DNA from: Candidatus Pacearchaeota archaeon
GTDB taxonomy: Archaea; Nanobdellota; Nanobdellia; Pacearchaeales; GW2011-AR1
NCBI GenBank assembly: GCA_041659265.1
Contig: JBAZYP010000003.1
Location: forward strand, 101,221 to 165,220
Direction: 5' to 3'
DNA length: 64,000 bases
A model generated the notes under the pieces. The model was not told the DNA's origin. It ran no database searches and was given only the letters and a program-made list of their open reading frames with translations. Shown here one piece after another: positions 20,753 through 30,443 of this stretch (its first letter is position 1; each line of letters opens with the position of its first letter). Made by a program: the position numbers and the translations under genes.

Positions 20753-21300
20753 TTTTCTGTACCTCCTTCTATATGTATAACAGTGTCATCAGGTCTAATA
20801 TCTCCAATATAAGCCCCATCATGAGTATAATATAATGTCTTTTCATCAAATCTTTCAAAACCATTATTTTCTAATAATTCAACTAAAGGATCAAGTCTAG
20901 ATTCCATTCCAGGTATGCATTTTATTTTTTGAACTATTCCTACTTTGCTAACTCTTGCAAAATTTGTTAATCTATCAACTAAAACTTTTTCAAAACCTTT
21001 TCCTCTAAATTCAGGTTCAATATAAAAATCGGAGATTATATACCATTTATGTTCCATATCAAGATTATCATCACTTCCTAATTTTATTTCTCTGAGTTCA
21101 GAATTACCAACCATTCTATTTCCTTTTTGAAGATAACCGCAATACTTTCTTTTACTTTTTACAATATTATTATATTCATCAATTTCAAATTTTGGAAACT
21201 CTCCAGTATATTCTAAATCTGGTACTATATTCTTTTCTTTTACTTCTTCTTTTCTTACTAATTTATATTGTTGAACTTCCATTTTGTATGTTTTATACAT
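20746..21300 (-). CDS. GNAT-family N-acetyltransferase (start may be the Met at about 21282)
   Basis: ISDFYIEPEFRGKGF acetyl-CoA-binding motif, ENNGF. Confidence 0.8.
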   Translation of the reverse strand: MYKTYKMEVQQYKLVRKEEVKEKNIVPDLEYTGEFPKFEIDEYNNIVKSKRKYCGYLQKGNRMVGNSELREIKLGSDDNLDMEHKWYIISDFYIEPEFRGKGFEKVLVDRLTNFARVSKVGIVQKIKCIPGMESRLDPLVELLENNGFERFDEKTLYYTHDGAYIGDIRPDDTVIHIEGGTEKC

Positions 21301-21347
21301 ATAATATGTATATACTATACAGTAACAACATATATTTAAAGCTTTCG
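21294..21347 (-). promoter_or_regulatory. Promoter and operator of the 9.6-kb operon
   Basis: BRE/TATA cgaaagctttaaata on - strand; inverted repeat TATACATA-TAA-TATGTATA at 21294-21312. Confidence 0.5.
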
Positions 21348-21506
21348 ATTTTGTTACCCTTATAAAGTGATACTAATAAAACCTTTATAAATTGGTTTAA
21401 ATTAAGAAAAAAGGCATTTTTAAGCCTTATTAAGGCAATTTATTAGATAATTATATAATATTTATATTTACAAGAATTATTTATTATCCTTCTTCATAAA
21501 CTAATT

Positions 21507-21992
21507 ATGGAGAACTCAAGTTATGATTTTTTAAAAAATGGATATAGAAATCCCAATGATCCTGTATATTTCGATATTCTAACTCCCATCAATAAGGGTT
21601 TAACTATTGAACAAAGTGAGGAAATATTCAAGAATTTTGCTTTAGATAATTCTTTTGAACTTATCGTCCCACAAAAAAGATTTTGGAAAAATAATGGTTT
21701 GGATACAAAAGAATTTGATTCAATTCAGGAGATTCATAAAAATGGCAATCTAATTTATGAGATAAATTCTATAAGAAAGATAGAGGAATTAATTAAATAT
21801 GATCTTGAAGAGAGTTTTGGAATTAATATCTATAAGTTAGAAGAAGATAAAAGAAAAAAAGTATTTACAAGTTTTATATGCTTATATTCAACATTGATAA
21901 ATCCAGATAGCGAATATTATGGGTCTGGTATTAGTTTAGCTGATAAAAATGATGAACTAGGAGAATTTCTTTATAGAAATATTATAAGATAA
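21507..21992 (+). CDS. Hypothetical protein
   Basis: 161-aa ORF coupled (TAATG) to the next gene. Confidence 0.6.
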   Translation: MENSSYDFLKNGYRNPNDPVYFDILTPINKGLTIEQSEEIFKNFALDNSFELIVPQKRFWKNNGLDTKEFDSIQEIHKNGNLIYEINSIRKIEELIKYDLEESFGINIYKLEEDKRKKVFTSFICLYSTLINPDSEYYGSGISLADKNDELGEFLYRNIIR

Positions 21993-22465
21993 TGTATAAT
22001 CTCCCTCATTTTAATAAATCTAAATTAATTAGTTTTCTTGATAATGTAAATTCAAATAAAGAAATAATAAAAGATCTTAATTGTTTGGAGTTCTCATGTG
22101 CATTTATTTATCATTGTTGTAATGAACCAATTCTTGATTCTTATGAAAAAGTTAAACAATCAAATAAGGTTTTAGACAAGATGTATAATTATTTTATTAG
22201 TCAATTAATGTATGAAGATGAAATCACTTTTGAAAAAATCAAATCATTAGCTAATCTTACCTTAATTCAACAAGCAAAGCATAAAAGGGCAATTCCCATG
22301 CATGCAACTACTTTAATTATAGACGAAAATAAGGATAAATATATTATTGAAAAAGATGGAGATTCCTTAGTTTCTTTAATTGCTTTAGAAGATTGGAATA
22401 CATATAAGGAAGATTTTCCAGTTTATTCTGCATATGGTTCAAGAGTTTATGAGATGTTTTTTTAA
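21992..22465 (+). CDS. Hypothetical protein (possible Cys/His papain-like fold)
   Basis: LNCLEFS...MHAT...IIEKDG spacing; weak. Confidence 0.55.
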   Translation: MYNLPHFNKSKLISFLDNVNSNKEIIKDLNCLEFSCAFIYHCCNEPILDSYEKVKQSNKVLDKMYNYFISQLMYEDEITFEKIKSLANLTLIQQAKHKRAIPMHATTLIIDENKDKYIIEKDGDSLVSLIALEDWNTYKEDFPVYSAYGSRVYEMFF

Positions 22466-22483
22466 TATTATTTAATAAAGTTT

Positions 22484-22507
22484 ATAAGTAAGAAAATTCT
22501 TACTTAT
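22484..22507 (+). promoter_or_regulatory. Palindromic operator of the AbrB-MazF TA pair
   Basis: ATAAGTAAGAA-AA-TTCTTACTTAT overlapping the TTTATAA TATA box. Confidence 0.7.
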
Positions 22508-22519
22508 TATATTAATAAT

Positions 22520-22753
22520 ATGGAAACAAAAATAATTAGGGTTACTGATAAAGGTCAAATATCTATTCCAGTTGAGATAAGAAATGCTATGGGAATCTTA
22601 GCTGGTGATGAACTTATTGCTGTTAGGGAAGGAGAATCAATATTTTTAAGAAAAATTAAAAAAGACGATTTTAAAGATCTACTAAAACATTCAGAAGCGG
22701 TTGCAAATAAACTTTGGAATAATAAAGAAGATGATATCTGGGATAAAGTTTAA
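22520..22753 (+). CDS. AbrB/MazE-family antitoxin
   Basis: RVTDKGQISIPVEIR; C-terminal W...EDDIW. Confidence 0.9.
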   Translation: METKIIRVTDKGQISIPVEIRNAMGILAGDELIAVREGESIFLRKIKKDDFKDLLKHSEAVANKLWNNKEDDIWDKV

Positions 22754-23078
22754 TCAAGGAGATATTTTATTAGTACCCTTTCCATTTTCTAATTTAAAAG
22801 GTATAAAAAAAAGACCTGTATTAGTTATATCTAAAATAAATTATCAAAAACAATGTGATGATATTGTTACTTGTGGCATTACTGCTAATCTTAAAGATTC
22901 AAGATATTCAATATTAATTGATAATTCTAATTTAATTGAAGGAAACATTCCTGTGAAAAGTAGAATTAAAGTGGATAAGATATTTACCTTAGATAAGAAT
23001 ATTGTTATTAAAAAGATTGGAAGAATTAATGAAGTTACTTTTAATCTGGTTAAAACTGAATTTTTTAATCTTATATAA
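22701..23078 (+). CDS. mazF: PemK/MazF-family endoribonuclease toxin (true start probably about 22731)
   Basis: QGDILLVPFPFSN...KKRPVLVIS...IT. Confidence 0.9.
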   Translation: MQINFGIIKKMISGIKFNQGDILLVPFPFSNLKGIKKRPVLVISKINYQKQCDDIVTCGITANLKDSRYSILIDNSNLIEGNIPVKSRIKVDKIFTLDKNIVIKKIGRINEVTFNLVKTEFFNLI

Positions 23079-23211
23079 TTATTATTAAATTAGTTCTAAC
23101 AACATTCTTCATTTTCAGCCCTAATATTAATATTAAACTTCCATATTTTTTTTCTTTAATAATTAGTGACATTAGAAAACCTTTAAATAGAATGTTTTTT
23201 TAATTTAAATT

Positions 23212-25017
23212 ATGGAAAAGAAATCTCATGATAAAAAACCCGAAGAAACTTTAGATTCTAAAAATTATCAAAATTCTGAGATTAAAGGTCAACCTACTAA
23301 TCAACTTACTCCAGAACAAACAAAAGAAATGGAAAAAGTTAGGGAAAAGTTAGATGAATTGAAAAAATTGATTATTGATAAATACGGAAAATCTGTTGAA
23401 GCAATAGGTATTATTCCTCCTCAAGCTGCTGATGCATTTGATGATGAAAACGAACTTAATGAAGAAGAGCGAAAGAAAAAACCTATGCACTTAGTTGTTG
23501 TTATGGACGATGATAAAGAAAAAGAATATAATGAGATTAGGTCTCATATTGTTAAACAAATAGCAGAATCAAAACAAAATATCTGGTTAAATTTATTATT
23601 GACAAAGGACTTATGGGATTTATGCCAAGATTCAAAATATGCAATTATTGAAGCAATTGGAATGTCTTATCCCTTGCATGATAAAGGAAAATTAGCAGCC
23701 TTAAGAGTTGCTCAGATCCATAAATCTCTTGTATTAAAAAAATTCGAGAAATATGTTTATTCTTATGTTATTGGCGGAAGTCTTGTTAGAGGAGATGCAA
23801 TAAAAACTAGCGATGTAGATACTTATGTTATAATTGATGATACAGATGTAAAAAGAATGCCAAGATTAGAATTAAAGGAAAAATTAAGAAATATTATCTA
23901 TTCATATATAATGCAGGCAGGTGAACTTGCTGGAGTAAAAAATACTCTTAATGTTCAGGTTTATTTACTTACAGAATTCTGGGAAGGGGTTAAAGATGCT
24001 AATCCTATTTTCTATACTTTCTTAAGAGATGGAGTCCCATTATATGATAGAGGCGGATTCTTGCCATGGAAATTATTATTAAAAATGGGTAAGATTAAAC
24101 CATCTCCAGAATCTATTGATATGTTTATGTCAATGGGAGATAAGACTTCTGAAATTGTAAAAAGAAGATTACTTGATATTGTTATTGGTGATATTTATTG
24201 GGGAGTTATTACTCCAAGTCAGGCTATTCTTATGTTATATGGTCTTCCACCAACAACCGTTAAAGAAACAGTTCCAGAAATGAAAAGAATTTTTGTTGAT
24301 AAGGAAAAACTTTTAGAACAAAAATATGTTGATATTTTAGAAGAAATTTTAATAAAATATTACAAAGGATATGAACACCAGAAAATTAAAGAAGTTTCAG
24401 GTAAAGATGTTGATAGACTTCTTAAGAATGCTGAAGATTATTTGAAAAGATTAAAAGAATTAAGGGAAGATTTAGAAAAACAAATGCAGAAGAAAACTTT
24501 TGAAGAAATATACACAAATGTATTTAAGATAATGGGTTCTATTTACGGTGAAAAATCTGAAAGCGAATTAATAAAAACATTTGAAAAAGAAATGGTTAAT
24601 ACCGGAAAAATCCATCCAAAATTCTTGCATACAGTTAATGAACTTCTTTCAATAAAAAAAGATTACAAAAACAAAAAACTTCCAACTAAATATGCTTTTG
24701 AAACATTAAGAAAAGATTCAGTTTATCTAATTGAAAGTTTGGTTGAATATTCTCAAAGAAAAGAATTAGGTCTTTTGGAAAAAACAAAAATAACTTTGAC
24801 ATTTAAAGATAAACATGCTGAATTATTCTTAACTAAACCCTCATTCTTAGTTCATGATAATAAAGTTAAGAAGATAACTGATAAAATTGAAAATTCTGAC
24901 ATGAATGAATTCAATAAAGTTTTAACTGAACATAAAGGTTCCAAAACCAAATTAGATAATCACATGATGAATCTTCTTAGAGCAGAGTTAGGCGAATTCG
25001 ATATTGTAATGGGTTAA
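23212..25017 (+). CDS. Nucleotidyltransferase (Pol-beta/MNT) plus HEPN-like multidomain protein
   Basis: GGSLVRGDAIKTSDVD catalytic motif; degenerate NTase-like N-terminal domain; helical C-terminal domain. Confidence 0.75.
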   Translation: MEKKSHDKKPEETLDSKNYQNSEIKGQPTNQLTPEQTKEMEKVREKLDELKKLIIDKYGKSVEAIGIIPPQAADAFDDENELNEEERKKKPMHLVVVMDDDKEKEYNEIRSHIVKQIAESKQNIWLNLLLTKDLWDLCQDSKYAIIEAIGMSYPLHDKGKLAALRVAQIHKSLVLKKFEKYVYSYVIGGSLVRGDAIKTSDVDTYVIIDDTDVKRMPRLELKEKLRNIIYSYIMQAGELAGVKNTLNVQVYLLTEFWEGVKDANPIFYTFLRDGVPLYDRGGFLPWKLLLKMGKIKPSPESIDMFMSMGDKTSEIVKRRLLDIVIGDIYWGVITPSQAILMLYGLPPTTVKETVPEMKRIFVDKEKLLEQKYVDILEEILIKYYKGYEHQKIKEVSGKDVDRLLKNAEDYLKRLKELREDLEKQMQKKTFEEIYTNVFKIMGSIYGEKSESELIKTFEKEMVNTGKIHPKFLHTVNELLSIKKDYKNKKLPTKYAFETLRKDSVYLIESLVEYSQRKELGLLEKTKITLTFKDKHAELFLTKPSFLVHDNKVKKITDKIENSDMNEFNKVLTEHKGSKTKLDNHMMNLLRAELGEFDIVMG

Positions 25018-25207
25018 TTAAACTAGTCGATTTTATCGACTAAGATTTCATTTGATGAATCTTCTTAAGATGTAGAGTTAGGCGAATTCTAAATTTTAAT
25101 TAAGTTAAACCTAGTAGATTTTATCGACTAAGATTTCATTTGATGAATCTTCTTAAGAGAGAGTTAGGCGAATTCGATATTGTAATTAAGTTAATTAAAC
25201 TAGTCGA
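24965..25207 (+). repeat. Tandem 88-bp repeat (about 2.7 copies) built on the 3' end of the NTase gene
   Basis: Units begin tgatgaatcttctta at 24965, 25053 and 25141; each carries agagttaggcgaattc and the hairpin tagtcgat-ttt-atcgacta or a variant. Confidence 0.9.
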
Positions 25208-25278
25208 ATTTTTCTTTTAAAATATTCATTATTCTCATCAATCTAAATATTTATAATATATTTAATATCAGCTTTTTC

Positions 25279-25815
25279 ATGAATCCCCGATTTTTTTATG
25301 AATTTTTTAAACATCCTTTAGAACTTGGTGCTATTTTTGAATCAGGTCCAATTCTTATTAAAGCAGTCTGCGATGAGATTCATGGAAAAAGGATTTTAGA
25401 ATTAGGTGCAGGTAGAGGCCCTATAACAAAGGGCATATTGAAAAACCTCCCAGAAGATGGAAAACTTATTTCTCTTGAAATAAATCCCTATTTATATTCC
25501 CATTTAGAAGAAATAAAAGATAACAGATTTACTCCATTATTAGCTGATGCTACTGATCTTGAAGAATTAGCTATTGAAAATCATTTTGATTGCATTATTT
25601 CTGGCTTGCCTTTAAGCAACATGGATTATTCATCGATAGATAAGATTTTAGGATTTTCATCATTAAGAGATCGTTTTATTCAATATAAATATAAATCAAG
25701 CGATCATATCTTAAATCATTATTTTAATTCAGTTAAATCCAAAAATATCTGGTTAAATTTGCCTCCAGCAGTGGTATATACTTGTTCAAATATAGACATG
25801 GATATTTTATCATAA
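25279..25815 (+). CDS. PmtA-like phospholipid N-methyltransferase family SAM methyltransferase
   Basis: P..LGAI..S, ILELGAGRGPIT, IISGLP, FIQYKY, WLNLPPA. Confidence 0.8.
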   Translation: MNPRFFYEFFKHPLELGAIFESGPILIKAVCDEIHGKRILELGAGRGPITKGILKNLPEDGKLISLEINPYLYSHLEEIKDNRFTPLLADATDLEELAIENHFDCIISGLPLSNMDYSSIDKILGFSSLRDRFIQYKYKSSDHILNHYFNSVKSKNIWLNLPPAVVYTCSNIDMDILS

Positions 25816-25864
25816 TTTGTAACTACTATTTAATAAGAACAATAAAAAGATTTATAAACCCTTT

Positions 25865-26347
25865 TTGTTATGGACTTTTATGATAAAATGTATAACTAGT
25901 AAACCTCTAGATGAAATAGATTATGATGATCTAGTTAGAGAAGCAATTAAATCTGGAAAAAATAAAGCTTCTTTATTCAGTATAGAGGATTATTCAAATA
26001 TTGCTCAAGCTAACTTTAAAAGAGCTTCAGAATACGAGTCTGTTGCTAATGATTTTAATAATAATCCTATAAGAAATACCTTTTTAATCGATAGTTATAC
26101 TGCAGCTGCTATTTATTTTGATAAAGCAGGATATCTTGCTCTTTCTCAAGATATGCCTGAAAAAGCCGAGGAATATTTTTCTTTAGCATCTTTATCTTAT
26201 AAAAGACTTGCTAATCAAGTTAGAGATGATAAATTTTTAAGCAAATCTCTTGATAAAGATATGGTAGATGCAACTAAAAAATCATTAGAATGTTTAATTG
26301 AAAGAGTAAAAAGAGATAAAAGGCCTGAATTATTAAGTCTTGTTTAA
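25865..26347 (+). CDS. Hypothetical helical-repeat protein
   Basis: Ala/Tyr-rich helical pattern (AAIYFDKAG, AEEYF). Confidence 0.6.
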   Translation: MLWTFMIKCITSKPLDEIDYDDLVREAIKSGKNKASLFSIEDYSNIAQANFKRASEYESVANDFNNNPIRNTFLIDSYTAAAIYFDKAGYLALSQDMPEKAEEYFSLASLSYKRLANQVRDDKFLSKSLDKDMVDATKKSLECLIERVKRDKRPELLSLV

Positions 26348-26349
26348 AA

Positions 26350-26580
26350 ATGAAAAAAAATTATAGTTTAAGCAATATGGTTTCTGATGCAGTTATTGGT
26401 GCAGCAACAACTTCAGTAATTTATTTTGGAATGGATTATCTATTATCTTCAACTAATTTCCCACTTTATGAACGTAATCCATCAGATCCCTTCATAAGTA
26501 CTATAGCGGGTGCAGGTTTATTCATTTTTCTAAATAGGCAGAATAAAAAACTGGAAAATTCATTTAATCAATCTAGATAG
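26350..26580 (+). CDS. Small membrane protein
   Basis: Two hydrophobic segments. Confidence 0.55.
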   Translation: MKKNYSLSNMVSDAVIGAATTSVIYFGMDYLLSSTNFPLYERNPSDPFISTIAGAGLFIFLNRQNKKLENSFNQSR

Positions 26581-26668
26581 TAAAATTAAATCACTTGTTA
26601 TATATAAAAAGCTTTAAAAACCCAGTATTCTCAATACTAACTATATATAAAATTATTGATTAATTAAA

Positions 26669-27004
26669 ATGTCACAAAAAGGAACAGTCCAACAATTCAG
26701 ACGTGGAAGAAGAAGAATACATGAAAAACATTTTATCTTAGATGTTCATGCTAAATCTATTGCTGATGCTTCTAAATATGTCGGTAAAACAGTTATTTGG
26801 ACTAGTCCATCTGGTAAAAAAATTCAGGGTAAAATTTCTTCACCTCATGGATCAAAAGGTATGGTTAGAGCAATTTTTGAAAAAGGACTTCCAGGTCAAG
26901 CAAGAAATACAGATATTGAAATAACAGAAACAAGCTCTTCAACAAAAGAAAAAGTAAAAACAGAACCAAAAGTAAAAAAAGTAAAGGTTCAAGAGGATAA
27001 ATAA
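26669..27004 (+). CDS. rpl35ae: 50S ribosomal protein L35Ae (eL33)
   Basis: FRRGRR...A..YVGK.V.W.SP.GK.I.GKISSPHGSKG.VRA.FEKGLPGQA. Confidence 0.95.
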   Translation: MSQKGTVQQFRRGRRRIHEKHFILDVHAKSIADASKYVGKTVIWTSPSGKKIQGKISSPHGSKGMVRAIFEKGLPGQARNTDIEITETSSSTKEKVKTEPKVKKVKVQEDK

Positions 27005-27005
27005 A

Positions 27006-27572
27006 ATGGCAGTAAAAAGAAGAGCAAAAGCATATTCTAAAAGAAAACCTATTACAAATTGTAGAAAATCAAAAAAGACTCAATTCAGTTATGTTAAGCA
27101 AGTTCCAACCCAAAAAATTGTAAAATTCAATATGGGTGATGTTAATGGTTATAGATTAGGTAAATATACTATAAAAATGGGTATTTATACAGAAGAACCA
27201 ATTCAGATAAGAGATTTATCTTTAGAAGCAGTTAGACAATCTTTAATAAAAGATATGGCTGTAATATTCCAAAAATCTTTCTTCCTAAGATGTAATGTTT
27301 ATCCTCATAATATTTTAAGAAATAATAGAGTTTACTCAGGTGGAAGTAAAGGAGAAAGAATCCAAACAGGAATGTCAAAATCATTCGGAAGTCCTGAAGG
27401 TAGAGCAGCAACATTAAGAAAACATGATGCTATTTTTACAGCATATTTTAATGGCGAAGAAAGTATCCCTAAAGTTAGAGCTTCTTTTTCAAAATGCAAT
27501 TCAAAACTTCCTTGTAAAACAAGAACTGTTACAGAAATTTTGAATAGACCAGCTAATACTCATACTTCTTAA
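27006..27572 (+). CDS. rpl10e: 50S ribosomal protein L10e/L16 (uL16)
   Basis: QIRD.SLEA.R, VYPH.ILR.N, ERIQTGMSKSFG.P.G, KLP. Confidence 0.93.
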   Translation: MAVKRRAKAYSKRKPITNCRKSKKTQFSYVKQVPTQKIVKFNMGDVNGYRLGKYTIKMGIYTEEPIQIRDLSLEAVRQSLIKDMAVIFQKSFFLRCNVYPHNILRNNRVYSGGSKGERIQTGMSKSFGSPEGRAATLRKHDAIFTAYFNGEESIPKVRASFSKCNSKLPCKTRTVTEILNRPANTHTS

Positions 27573-27617
27573 ATCTGTATATAAATATTTTTAAACAATC
27601 CTTTTTAGCATTTATTC

Positions 27618-27947
27618 ATGAGTTTGCATGATTTATTAATTAAGACAATCATTAATTCACCAGTTGTTCTCGAATCTAATCTAGGAATGCAAGTTAGTAA
27701 AATTACTCATAAAATATCCTTAGGAAAAAATGGAGATATTGATATTAAAGTTGATGGAATTAATTCATTAACTCATGAACCATGTTTAGCTATAGTTGAA
27801 GTCAAAACTCATGATGGATTAATTCCTCATTATCTAAGAAAACAACTTCCAAAATATCAAGAAAGATACCCTGACGCTATGCAGTATGTAGCTTATTCAT
27901 TATCAGGAAAATCAACACAAGATATTGCTTTTAAAAGAATTCGATAA
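27618..27947 (+). CDS. Small PD-(D/E)XK-fold nuclease-like protein
   Basis: GDIDI...AIVEVKT...QL. Confidence 0.55.
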   Translation: MSLHDLLIKTIINSPVVLESNLGMQVSKITHKISLGKNGDIDIKVDGINSLTHEPCLAIVEVKTHDGLIPHYLRKQLPKYQERYPDAMQYVAYSLSGKSTQDIAFKRIR

Positions 27948-27948
27948 A

Positions 27949-28389
27949 TTATTTTTCTAAAGAAATTTTTCCATCAGAAATAAGATATTCTGATAACATT
28001 ATCGGATATTTTTTATAGAATCTATTAATAAACTCATTTGATGTTCTAGCTCCATCATTTATTCGTTCTTCAAGAGTGCTTTTAATATCTGGATCAATCA
28101 TATCATTTGAGACTCCGAGTTCATATAATACTTTAGCCCTTTCAATCAATTTCATTGATTCTATTAAATTTTTTAAGAATTCTGTTTGATCATTTATATA
28201 ACTAGTAGCTTCGCTTGTAGTTATAGGGGCCCTATTATCAGGTTCTTTTCTTTTATTTAACTCAGATTTCATATCATGCCAATCTGAATATAATATCATT
28301 TTTTGCAAAACAAGATTATATTTATTAAATTCAGAGATAATTTTTTTACTTAATTCTAGAGCAGTAATCACTCCATTATATTCTTGCAT
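27949..28389 (-). CDS. Hypothetical protein
   Basis: 146-aa ORF with an upstream TATA-like element. Confidence 0.55.
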   Translation of the reverse strand: MQEYNGVITALELSKKIISEFNKYNLVLQKMILYSDWHDMKSELNKRKEPDNRAPITTSEATSYINDQTEFLKNLIESMKLIERAKVLYELGVSNDMIDPDIKSTLEERINDGARTSNEFINRFYKKYPIMLSEYLISDGKISLEK

Positions 28390-28547
28390 TTTTTTTAATA
28401 TTCAAGGTCATTTAAAATATTAGCTATCTATCAAAATAGTATTTTCAAATATATAATAAAATATATGAAAAATAATTATTAAATTTTTAGAAAAATACAC
28501 TTTTCTTTTTTCATAACCTTTAAATACTTATTTTGTATTAATATTTT

Positions 28548-29123
28548 ATGGCTATTGAAACATTAACAATAATTATTCTTGCAATTGCTGCTTTGTTAGG
28601 TGTATTAGTAATCATGTTCATATTCTATTATAATCGATTTACAGTTCTTGAGAATAGAATCGATAACAGTTTAGCGCAGATTGATGTACAATTAAAGAAA
28701 AGAGCAGATTTGATTCCAGCTTTGATTAAGACTGTATCAGGTTATGCAAAGCATGAGAAAAAAATAATGGAAGCAGTTACTCATGCTAGAGCATCAATGT
28801 TAAAGGGCGGAAATCTTGATAAGAGATTAAAAGCAGGCGATGAATTACAATCAGCATTAGGAAGATTATTTGCTATAGCTGAGAACTATCCTAATTTAAA
28901 AGCTAATGAAAATTTCTTGCATATGCAAACAGAATTATCTGCTATTGAAGATAAAGTAGCTTATTCAAGACAATTCTATAATGACTCAGTAATGTCATAT
29001 GAAAACGCAACTGAATTATTCCCTGGTGTATTCTTCTTTAAAATGATGGGCAAATCAAAGAAAGAATACTTGAAGATTTCAGAAGCAGATAAGAATATGC
29101 CTAAGATAGAGTTCGAAGAATAA
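28548..29123 (+). CDS. lemA: LemA-family protein
   Basis: YNR...IDVQLKKRADLIP, AENYPNLKANENF, RQFYND. Confidence 0.96.
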   Translation: MAIETLTIIILAIAALLGVLVIMFIFYYNRFTVLENRIDNSLAQIDVQLKKRADLIPALIKTVSGYAKHEKKIMEAVTHARASMLKGGNLDKRLKAGDELQSALGRLFAIAENYPNLKANENFLHMQTELSAIEDKVAYSRQFYNDSVMSYENATELFPGVFFFKMMGKSKKEYLKISEADKNMPKIEFEE

Positions 29124-29265
29124 ATAGTTAGATTTATTTTTATTTTTTTTAGTCCTCAAATTCCCTAAGAATTTGAATGTCCAATATGCCTAAGATAGAG
29201 TTCGAAGAATAAATAGTTAGATTTATTTTTATTTTTTTTAACCCTCAAATTCCCTAAGAATTTGA
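29094..29265 (+). repeat. 89-bp-period duplication of the lemA 3' end plus downstream T-tract and hairpin
   Basis: aatatgcctaagatagagttcgaagaataaatagttagattt... at 29094 and 29183; hairpin tcaaattc-cctaa-gaatttga in both copies. Confidence 0.92.
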
Positions 29266-29314
29266 TTTTATCAACTATAATAAATATTTTATAATAATTA
29301 TCTAATTTAAATAA

Positions 29315-29614
29315 TTGGAAAAAGCATTTAATAATATTCTAATTCCTAATATTATGGAAGATAAAACTTTGGAAATATTGGTCGATAGGATAAAGGGAGC
29401 AAAAATTGTACCAATATCTGCTGGTGGACAAGTTGATTGCAGATATTGTAAACATTATTCATATGAACAAGATGTTGAATTAGAATCTTGTAAATGTGAA
29501 AAAGGCTATTTTAACAGTCCATTTGGAGATATGAATCCTAATATTAATTTTGGAGCCTGTAAGGGTAAGGATTTTGAATTTAATAATTATTTCATTGTAT
29601 CTAAAAAAGAATAA
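29315..29614 (+). CDS. Small Cys-rich protein (start probably the Met at 29354)
   Basis: CRYCKH...CKC...C..FE. Confidence 0.6.
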   Translation: MEKAFNNILIPNIMEDKTLEILVDRIKGAKIVPISAGGQVDCRYCKHYSYEQDVELESCKCEKGYFNSPFGDMNPNINFGACKGKDFEFNNYFIVSKKE

Positions 29615-29619
29615 TTTTC

Positions 29620-30222
29620 CTATTTTTTTCTATATAAAATATTACCAATACTTTTCTTGTTCCTAATCTTTTGACCATTATGTAAAATTTTATTAATTTC
29701 TTCAGATATTAATTCAAGATTAGGTTTCCTTATCTTTCCATTAGTGTGCTGATAATTAGGGTCTTTAGAACATTTGAATACAAGTTCAATTTCGTCTTTT
29801 GTTATCGGTTTAACTCCTCGTTTTTCTAAAGCCATTTTACATATTACCTTTCTAGTTTCTGTATCTTGAGAATATAATCCAGCAGATCTTAAATAAATCT
29901 CTTCATTTCTTCTTGCAACATGATCTTTTTCAAGTTTTTCAAGTATAGATTCTTCAAATAATCCATCAAAAGCTTCATATAATCCTCCATAATATCCCCT
30001 TATTGCAAAACCAACTGCAGTTACAGCGACTCTATCCGATACATCAAATCTTCTTGCAATATCTAGATTTTGAGCAATTTCTTTTTGATATAACAATTGT
30101 GAATATTGGGTCTTTATTTTTTCACAATCCTGCACATTTCCAAGTATAGAACAAGCTAGTTCTAAGCCCTTTCTAATGGCTGCATATCTTCTTTGTTGAT
30201 TATCGCAACTTTTATCTAGCAT
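29620..30222 (-). CDS. Hypothetical HTH-containing protein, possibly truncated
   Basis: DIARRFDVS HTH-like segment; C-terminal ISEEINK..H...IR...SI. Confidence 0.5.
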   Translation of the reverse strand: MLDKSCDNQQRRYAAIRKGLELACSILGNVQDCEKIKTQYSQLLYQKEIAQNLDIARRFDVSDRVAVTAVGFAIRGYYGGLYEAFDGLFEESILEKLEKDHVARRNEEIYLRSAGLYSQDTETRKVICKMALEKRGVKPITKDEIELVFKCSKDPNYQHTNGKIRKPNLELISEEINKILHNGQKIRNKKSIGNILYRKK

Positions 30223-30443
30223 AGTATAATCCTTTCTAATACTTTATAGAAATCCTTTAAAAACTTATTGATTCTAATACTCTTCTCCTAATTGAACCTC
30301 ATTTTCATTTTATTAACCTTAATTAAGTCTTAAATCGTGGCGTTCTTGTTCAAAGTAATAGAACTTTGGACATAGCTCTAATCTAAAGCTTTTTATACCC
30401 TACTAATCCTATAAGAATCTCTTAAATTACTTAAAATATTATC

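Noticed and set aside
11715-21300. Provirus
   Set aside because: No recognisable capsid, terminase, portal, integrase or replication gene, and no att repeats found
24965-25207. CRISPR array
   Set aside because: Whole 88-bp units repeat with no unique spacers, the first unit is coding sequence, and no cas genes are present
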